A stretch of 64,000 bases of DNA, from the IMG/VR virus record IMGVR_UViG_3300029908_000004, positions 124,001 to 188,000 of that record. One strand, written 5' to 3'. The notes below the pieces were generated by a model. The model saw only the letters and a list, made by a program, of their open reading frames with translations, was not told where the DNA came from and did not search any database. A program made the translations under genes and the position numbers. Shown here in pieces: positions 58,202-64,000 of this stretch (positions within the stretch are counted from its first letter, which is position 1; the number at the start of each line of letters is the position of its first letter).

Positions 58202-59875
58202 ATGTCAACCCCATCTATAACCCCGATAAGTTTACCAACGTTTGTATTAGGAGAACAAGCAAGTGCTTCTACTTATCTAGAAGCTCTGCAATCGCTGGTA
58301 AACCAAGGTACGTTAACACTTAGTGAGTTAGGTAATACTAATACAACCACTTTGATAGATTTAAATCGTAGGATGTCGGCTATAGATGCTCATAGACAGC
58401 GGGCAAATAGGTTGGATACCTATGGTATTTATGCTAACTTCAGTGTTGGTGACATGTTTTCTGTGGATCAAACACAATCTAGTGCCACAGTTCGTATAGA
58501 TTCACAAAGCTCCACACTTAAGCAGAGACCAAACTTCGTAACTGCATCCGTAGCCTCAACAGTATTTTCATCTAATATAGGAACGGTACAAACCTTAGAT
58601 GACACTAATACTTTATGGACTGTAACTACAAGTGGGGCTATACCAACTGGATCTTTTAGCATAACATTAGATAATCCAGTTAATCTTAATGTAATTGTTG
58701 TAGATATATCAGCAATATCTTCTACACCGGTTATGACTGCTAGTGCTTCCTCAGATGGAGTAAATTATACACAGGCTACATCAATAGATTTAAGTGGTTA
58801 TACTGTTAGTGCTTGGTTTCCCTCAATGGACGTAAAGTATTTCACCCTCCAGATAACACCAGTAATGGCAGATACCCCAAATGGGTATAGTTTTACGTTT
58901 GGACTGACTAACTTCAATGCTACTGGTATAGAATATTCTTTACAGTCCTTCTTGATGATGAATTCATTGACTTTTATTCCAGAATCATCTCAAGCAATGC
59001 TTATAACAGATACTACCCCTAGAATTTCTTATTATTTGTCATTAACGCCAGAGGGGTCGGCACAAGCACCATTTGTAGAAGTTACTCCGAATACCCCTAT
59101 TCCATTACCGGGGACAAGCGTTATTTCTATACAGAATGTTTCAGATGTATCATTAGAGTACTCTACATTTTTAAATGGGTTATCATTAACACCCGGACAG
59201 TTTGTCGTCCCAACTATACCTAACGGATTCGCTTATCAAGCTCCTTATGGTGGTGTATTACAAGCTACTGGAGAGCCTAGATGGCCAACTACACCCGGTC
59301 TTATGATAGTTTCTGGTACAGCAGAATTAACATCATACCCGAATGGGACCTTTATGTCGCGTACTTTATATCCATTAGGAATGATTGTTAGACCCTCTGT
59401 TGATAATGGATTCGTTTACCAAGTCACATCAGCGGGTACAACAGGTAGCGAGGAACCAAGCTGGCCTACCACTATTGGGGCTACGGTTTCCTCTTTCGGG
59501 GAAGGGCGCCCAGCTATATTCACTTGTGAATACGCTGGCATACTGTGTACAGAACTACCATTAAATACTTATTTAAATACTGTTCACGTAGTATCTGATG
59601 CTACTGGAGAAACTATAGATTTAGCTCCAGGATTAGTTCCTTCTTATGGGGCGCAGCAGAACCTATTAGGAACTTATATTGGCTTAGTCGAGGGTTCCAG
59701 CGGGTGGCAACCTTATATAATTTCTAGTAATCCATTCGCGAACTTCGGTTCCTCTTATACAATAACTTATACTTGTGGCCCAGCAACGATAACTGCTGCT
59801 CTACAGGTCAAATTTGACACGGAAGACATAGCTTCCAGCCCAGTGTTCTATGGGGCGACTCTCCAAGAGTATTAA
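58202..59875 (+). CDS. Putative peripheral baseplate protein with a small CBM-like insert
   Basis: 557 aa; two short W-P-T modules (EPRWPTTPG and EPSWPTTIGATV). Confidence 0.55.
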   Translation: MSTPSITPISLPTFVLGEQASASTYLEALQSLVNQGTLTLSELGNTNTTTLIDLNRRMSAIDAHRQRANRLDTYGIYANFSVGDMFSVDQTQSSATVRIDSQSSTLKQRPNFVTASVASTVFSSNIGTVQTLDDTNTLWTVTTSGAIPTGSFSITLDNPVNLNVIVVDISAISSTPVMTASASSDGVNYTQATSIDLSGYTVSAWFPSMDVKYFTLQITPVMADTPNGYSFTFGLTNFNATGIEYSLQSFLMMNSLTFIPESSQAMLITDTTPRISYYLSLTPEGSAQAPFVEVTPNTPIPLPGTSVISIQNVSDVSLEYSTFLNGLSLTPGQFVVPTIPNGFAYQAPYGGVLQATGEPRWPTTPGLMIVSGTAELTSYPNGTFMSRTLYPLGMIVRPSVDNGFVYQVTSAGTTGSEEPSWPTTIGATVSSFGEGRPAIFTCEYAGILCTELPLNTYLNTVHVVSDATGETIDLAPGLVPSYGAQQNLLGTYIGLVEGSSGWQPYIISSNPFANFGSSYTITYTCGPATITAALQVKFDTEDIASSPVFYGATLQEY

Positions 59876-59879
59876 ATCT

Positions 59880-59894
59880 TGGTATACTATTTAG
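59880..59894 (+). promoter_or_regulatory. Extended -10-like element TGgTATACTATTTAG
   Basis: In the 28-nt gap before 59904. Confidence 0.45.
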
Positions 59895-59903
59895 GAATAG
59901 ATA

Positions 59904-61067
59904 ATGTCTACATCACCACTAAATCTTGAAACAATTGAGCTTGTGTCCACTCTAAGAACGGCTCCCTTAAATGGGTCTCCCTCTTCACAAGATTATAATG
60001 ATTGTGAAAGAGAGCAATTAACCGATCTGGCGGCGGTAGTATCGTTCTTAAATGATACCGTCCGTGTTTTACTCAATTCTCTACCTAATACCGCGATGTT
60101 GCCAATTTCGGATCCAGTTGGGGTAGAAGGTAGAACTATCTATTGCGATACTAGTGATACAAGTTCACTATTCTTTTCCAATGGTTCCCCACTAAGTATA
60201 GCAGACTCATTAAGAGTATTAAATGGTATGTTACAAACGTTTAAGACTACCCTTAGTAATCAAACGGTTCAGTTAGCAGCGCTACAATCTAGATTGGCTA
60301 CCACCAACCAGAATGATGTTTCAGCGGTATTAAATAACTTTTCTGGGCAGATAACCTCTATATTAAATACCATACAGAATTTGGAAGCAGAGATTAATGC
60401 CATAGAAGTAGTAGCAGGATTAGGGGCCGGAGGATCAAACGTATTACCAAGAGCCTTAACAGAAGTGCCGTATTCTGCCACCCCAACCTTTGATTGTTCT
60501 CCTTCTAGTGGATTACTCACCTTCCAAATGGCACTAAGTGGTGATGTAACAGCGCCAGTAGTAATTAATCAATCAAGCGCGCAAGTAGTTACATTTTTAA
60601 TAACACAACAAGGTGTAGGAGGACACGCTTTTACTTGGCCCAGTAATGTACATAACGCAGCCGCGATAAGTACAACGCCTGGTTCTACTACATCACAGAG
60701 TTTTACTGTAGATGCCACTGGTAATATGTATCCAATATCGCCAAATACACCAGCACCTATTGTACCTACTACAGGTGCTACTACGGTCCCGTTAAATTCT
60801 AATCGTAATATTACTTCTGCAACGAACAGTGTTTTCCTTTGTACTTCTGGTTCAGGTGGGATAACCTTAACACTACCTAGCGCAGTTCCATACGCTTCGT
60901 ATGTATACTACATTAAAAAGGTTGATACTGGTGTTGGATCAGTAAATATTATTACAACTAGCAGTCAAACGATTGATTCTAATATAGGATACAATTTGGT
61001 TAACAAAGGTCAGTTTGTACAAGTCGTGAGTGACGGTAGCAACTGGCAAGTAATCGGAGCTAATTAA
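59904..61067 (+). CDS. Tail fibre-like protein (coiled coil plus two small C-terminal beta domains)
   Basis: Heptad coil aa ~105-170; FTWPSNV and ITLTLPSA...YYIKKVD...VVSDGSNWQVI are fibre modules. Confidence 0.6.
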   Translation: MSTSPLNLETIELVSTLRTAPLNGSPSSQDYNDCEREQLTDLAAVVSFLNDTVRVLLNSLPNTAMLPISDPVGVEGRTIYCDTSDTSSLFFSNGSPLSIADSLRVLNGMLQTFKTTLSNQTVQLAALQSRLATTNQNDVSAVLNNFSGQITSILNTIQNLEAEINAIEVVAGLGAGGSNVLPRALTEVPYSATPTFDCSPSSGLLTFQMALSGDVTAPVVINQSSAQVVTFLITQQGVGGHAFTWPSNVHNAAAISTTPGSTTSQSFTVDATGNMYPISPNTPAPIVPTTGATTVPLNSNRNITSATNSVFLCTSGSGGITLTLPSAVPYASYVYYIKKVDTGVGSVNIITTSSQTIDSNIGYNLVNKGQFVQVVSDGSNWQVIGAN

Positions 61068-64000
61068 TGAAAAATCTACTACGCATCGCGATATTTACTA
61101 TATTTGCTAGCCTTACTCTATTAGGTCAGCAAGGTGGTGTGTCTACCCCTATTCGTTATGGCAGCAGTCTACCCACAGGAGCTGCTCAGGGATCGTTGTT
61201 TAATGTTTCTGGGACTGGGTTATATAAGTGTAATGCTAGTCCTTGTACTACTTCGGCAAACTGGACAAAGTTAGCTGAACTCGATGCAACCGGTAATTTT
61301 AATTCATCGAATATTTCAGGATGGCAACCTTCCGGGCTACTTGCAATGGGCGACTCAACAGCCAAGGGAGCTTACGGCGGGAACAATATCGACGATGGAA
61401 ACGGATTCAATTACTTTCTTGGTTTGCAGACACCCGGCGTAACGAACATCGTTGCTTGGGACGGTTCTATGATGCCCGATGTGGCTCAGTTACAACTGTA
61501 CCCACTAGGTCCATTCGCCTATGGAGCAGCACCACGAATGACCTTGCAAGACGGTTTAAATGATGGTGCTAACTATGGTTCATCAGTGAACCAAAAAGCT
61601 ATCTTTGTAAAATCACATCTTGCCGTTCTATCGCGTGCTTTAATCCCGTTGAGTAATACAGTCCAAGCCACAAATGGAGCGATTGTACAGAGTGGGACTT
61701 GGGTACTGAATACATCTCGCATTGGCACACTAGCTCCGACGCTTGAGTCGAACGCGAACGGGTCCACGCTCACTGTTCCGATCACGACAACTGGCGGACC
61801 AATATATGTTCAGTATGAACAATTGGATGGAAATAGTGGTCAGGCGACTCTCGCCATAGATGGTATAACAGTTGATACATTAAACAGTGGTAACCCCGGA
61901 ACCGCTGGAAATTGTATATGCACACACAACAATGTCTTCGCCCCACCTATTGGAACGAGTGGAGGACCACAATCAGCACCATTGGCAGGGCGATACCCAG
62001 TGTCCGCTGGTTTTCATATTCTTACCTTCACAGTTACTGGAGCGACCGGCTCTGGCATGGGATTCAGTTTTATCGCTGCAGCAACACCCGGAACAGGTAT
62101 CGCAGCATCTACCCCAGTTGCAGGCGGGCCACCTAGCCTTTGGGAAGGCGGAGTAACGAGAACAGAGACATATCCATCAGACCCCACCAATGTTTATGAC
62201 GGAATGATTCAGACTGACCTTTCCTTAGTACAGAACGATGGATTGAATGCCTATTATGTATGCGGCCTTGCGGGAGATTACGCGAGCTTCCCGGCAAGTC
62301 CGATCCAGCCGCTTGGGTGTAGCGACGTAGCCAGTTTCTATCTCGACAACGCGTATGTCCCGATCAGCACTACGGCCTACGATGGCGTATCGGTTCTGAC
62401 GGTGGTTTCGACGTTGCCGATCCCCGCTGGGGTGTATGTCGGTGACTATCACACGATCTGGGGAACCACGACGCACACAGAACTTTCAAACACCCACTTC
62501 TGGAGCGTTAATAGTATCTCTGGTAACACTATAACATTTAGCCAGCCGGGGTTTAACTCAGTCGCGTGGACTACCACAGCAGATGTAGGGTCTACGTCGA
62601 AGCAACACCACGACGACTTCCATCCAAATGGGAACGACCCAACAACGGGCATTACAGGCGGTTACTGGCAGATGTCCTTGGCTTATAACCATATGATGAA
62701 GTTGCCAGGAGGCAGTGGGTCCGCGAACTCGTCTTCATCTACAACCAGCTCATTAAACTTGAGTCAAGTCACGCCAAGCGCTACGTTTACTCTGACTCCG
62801 ACTTCTGGGGTTGTGCTGTCAAACGGCCAACCTCTTATATTTCCGGCGATGACTGGAAATGTTGGACCATTCTGGGTCTTTAATAACGGTTTAGTAAGTA
62901 GTGCGGTTTCCTTTACAGGTGGGGCAGTAGCCAATCCACATCTTTCAGCGTTATTTCCAATCGCACCGGGTACTGGAGTTTCTTTTGTAGTCAATTCGGG
63001 TATTTACTACAACCCAATTGGTGCTTTCAGTGGAACTAGTGGTTCTTCTGCACCGACTTCTCTTGCTCTGAACCAAGTCTCTGATGCAGGCACTGTCACT
63101 CTATCGTCCACTTCTGGTGCAGTCCTAACGAATGGGAACGCTGTCGTGCTTCCTGCGTTGACTGGCAATCTCGGCCCATTCTGGATTTACAACAACAGCT
63201 CAACAGGTAGCTCGATCACTGCATCAGGAGGGGCTATACTTGATGCCCACATACCCTCCACACTCTCAGCCCACTCTGGTATCTCGTTGATTGTAAACGG
63301 AGGCATTTATTGGAATCCAGTTGGGCAATTTAGTCCAATAGCTTCGCCAACCCTTGCAGATTACACAATAAGCAACCCGTGGAGTGCTAATCAAACTTTC
63401 CAGAGCATCTACGCTGGGCCTGCCGGCGTGGCTACCAGCGGAGCAAATATAAACAGTTACTACCTGGGCCTGTGCGGATCGGGCTGGAATGGGTCGGCGG
63501 CGGCAAATTTCTGTGGCTACCTCCAAGGCGCAATGGGCACCGGAACGAATCCGGCATTTACCTATAACTTCATGTCCGTGCCGGGTGCTGCGGCATCTTA
63601 CATGAACATGTCCAGCTTAACGTCGAAGGGGTTGACACTTCCGCCCAGTACCTTTACGACAAACGGAAGCGCCAACGCTGCGCAAAACACACTAGGCCTG
63701 AATAACGGCGCTGGAATCACAGTGGCTAACAATCCCAGTTATCCATACGGTACTAGCTTTGCTTGTAACACAGCGACAAGTAGTGCAGTAGGATGTTCGA
63801 TGCTTGGTGCATCGGGTGGCTCGGAAGGGTACTTAGGTCTTCCGGCTGCGAATAATTATTATCTTTCGTCTACTACTGCCGGTGTGAGATCATGGGTCGC
63901 GCCTGCGGTTTATACACTTCCAACACAATATACTATAGAACCATGCTCAGTAGGATTATGGAATGGTGGGGCTGCGATTACAGCCGGCACATATAATTTA
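61067..64000 (+). CDS. Signal-peptide-bearing SGNH/GDSL hydrolase-domain protein with repeats (3'-truncated; not in ORF track)
   Basis: I translated this by hand and found it open from ATG 61067 to the window end (978 codons). It has a signal peptide MKNLLRIAIFTIFASLTLLG, block I LAMGDS (S97), block III GLND (N165) and block V DDFHPN (D516, H519). Confidence 0.75.
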   Translation, partial: MKNLLRIAIFTIFASLTLLGQQGGVSTPIRYGSSLPTGAAQGSLFNVSGTGLYKCNASPCTTSANWTKLAELDATGNFNSSNISGWQPSGLLAMGDSTAKGAYGGNNIDDGNGFNYFLGLQTPGVTNIVAWDGSMMPDVAQLQLYPLGPFAYGAAPRMTLQDGLNDGANYGSSVNQKAIFVKSHLAVLSRALIPLSNTVQATNGAIVQSGTWVLNTSRIGTLAPTLESNANGSTLTVPITTTGGPIYVQYEQLDGNSGQATLAIDGITVDTLNSGNPGTAGNCICTHNNVFAPPIGTSGGPQSAPLAGRYPVSAGFHILTFTVTGATGSGMGFSFIAAATPGTGIAASTPVAGGPPSLWEGGVTRTETYPSDPTNVYDGMIQTDLSLVQNDGLNAYYVCGLAGDYASFPASPIQPLGCSDVASFYLDNAYVPISTTAYDGVSVLTVVSTLPIPAGVYVGDYHTIWGTTTHTELSNTHFWSVNSISGNTITFSQPGFNSVAWTTTADVGSTSKQHHDDFHPNGNDPTTGITGGYWQMSLAYNHMMKLPGGSGSANSSSSTTSSLNLSQVTPSATFTLTPTSGVVLSNGQPLIFPAMTGNVGPFWVFNNGLVSSAVSFTGGAVANPHLSALFPIAPGTGVSFVVNSGIYYNPIGAFSGTSGSSAPTSLALNQVSDAGTVTLSSTSGAVLTNGNAVVLPALTGNLGPFWIYNNSSTGSSITASGGAILDAHIPSTLSAHSGISLIVNGGIYWNPVGQFSPIASPTLADYTISNPWSANQTFQSIYAGPAGVATSGANINSYYLGLCGSGWNGSAAANFCGYLQGAMGTGTNPAFTYNFMSVPGAAASYMNMSSLTSKGLTLPPSTFTTNGSANAAQNTLGLNNGAGITVANNPSYPYGTSFACNTATSSAVGCSMLGASGGSEGYLGLPAANNYYLSSTTAGVRSWVAPAVYTLPTQYTIEPCSVGLWNGGAAITAGTYNL
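62747..63334 (+). repeat. Two tandem ~100-aa repeats within the 61067 ORF
   Basis: SLNLSQV..TFTL...TGNVGPFWVFNN...GIYYNPIGAFS versus SLALNQV..TVTL...TGNLGPFWIYNN...GIYWNPVGQFS; spacing 303-309 nt. Confidence 0.85.

Noticed and set aside
62747-63334. Diversity-generating retroelement TR/VR pair
   Set aside because: The repeats are in-frame, tandem and diverged at all bases rather than at adenines, and there is no reverse transcriptase in the window.
677-63526. Minus-strand and nested ORFs in the track (e.g. 29670-30185, 36864-37328, 5064-5291, 61321-61563)
   Set aside because: All lie wholly within longer + strand genes, show antisense-shadow composition and have no recognisable motifs.
1-64000. 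Stop-codon reassignment (common in some large phages)
   Set aside because: Standard-code ORFs tile the window almost without gaps, and TAG and TGA act as real stops before new RBS/ATG pairs.
1-64000. CRISPR arrays, tRNA or rRNA genes
   Set aside because: Intergenic gaps are nearly all under 100 nt, and I saw no repeat-spacer periodicity or cloverleaf with T-loop/D-loop consensus.

Overview
This window is the head-tail morphogenesis region of a large contractile-tailed dsDNA phage (jumbo-myovirus-like, roughly 40% GC by eye). Every credible gene is on the + strand in the standard genetic code, often with TAATG stop/start overlaps. Gene order: portal (3' part), prohead protease/scaffold, probable head decoration protein, Com-like zinc finger, major capsid protein, a lysis-type cassette (M15 endolysin, frameshifted GIY-YIG endonuclease, lipoprotein, papain-like protease), a 1563-aa FN3 fibre ending in a Hint domain, neck, sheath, three tube paralogues, two chaperones, two ~1650-aa giant proteins flanking a Clp-type ATPase, a hub protein with a lytic transglycosylase, baseplate, and fibres. 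The standout is the giant ORF at 32914-37839. It carries, in the right order, the catalytic motifs of both barrels of a two-barrel (cellular-type) RNA polymerase in one chain, inside the tail module, so it is a candidate virion-delivered RNAP. Its neighbours are a tape-measure-position protein with an intact DEDDh exonuclease head and a stand-alone Clp ATPase with a ClpP-docking-like loop. All functional calls come from motif recognition by eye; no database searches were run. I saw no tRNA, rRNA or CRISPR array.
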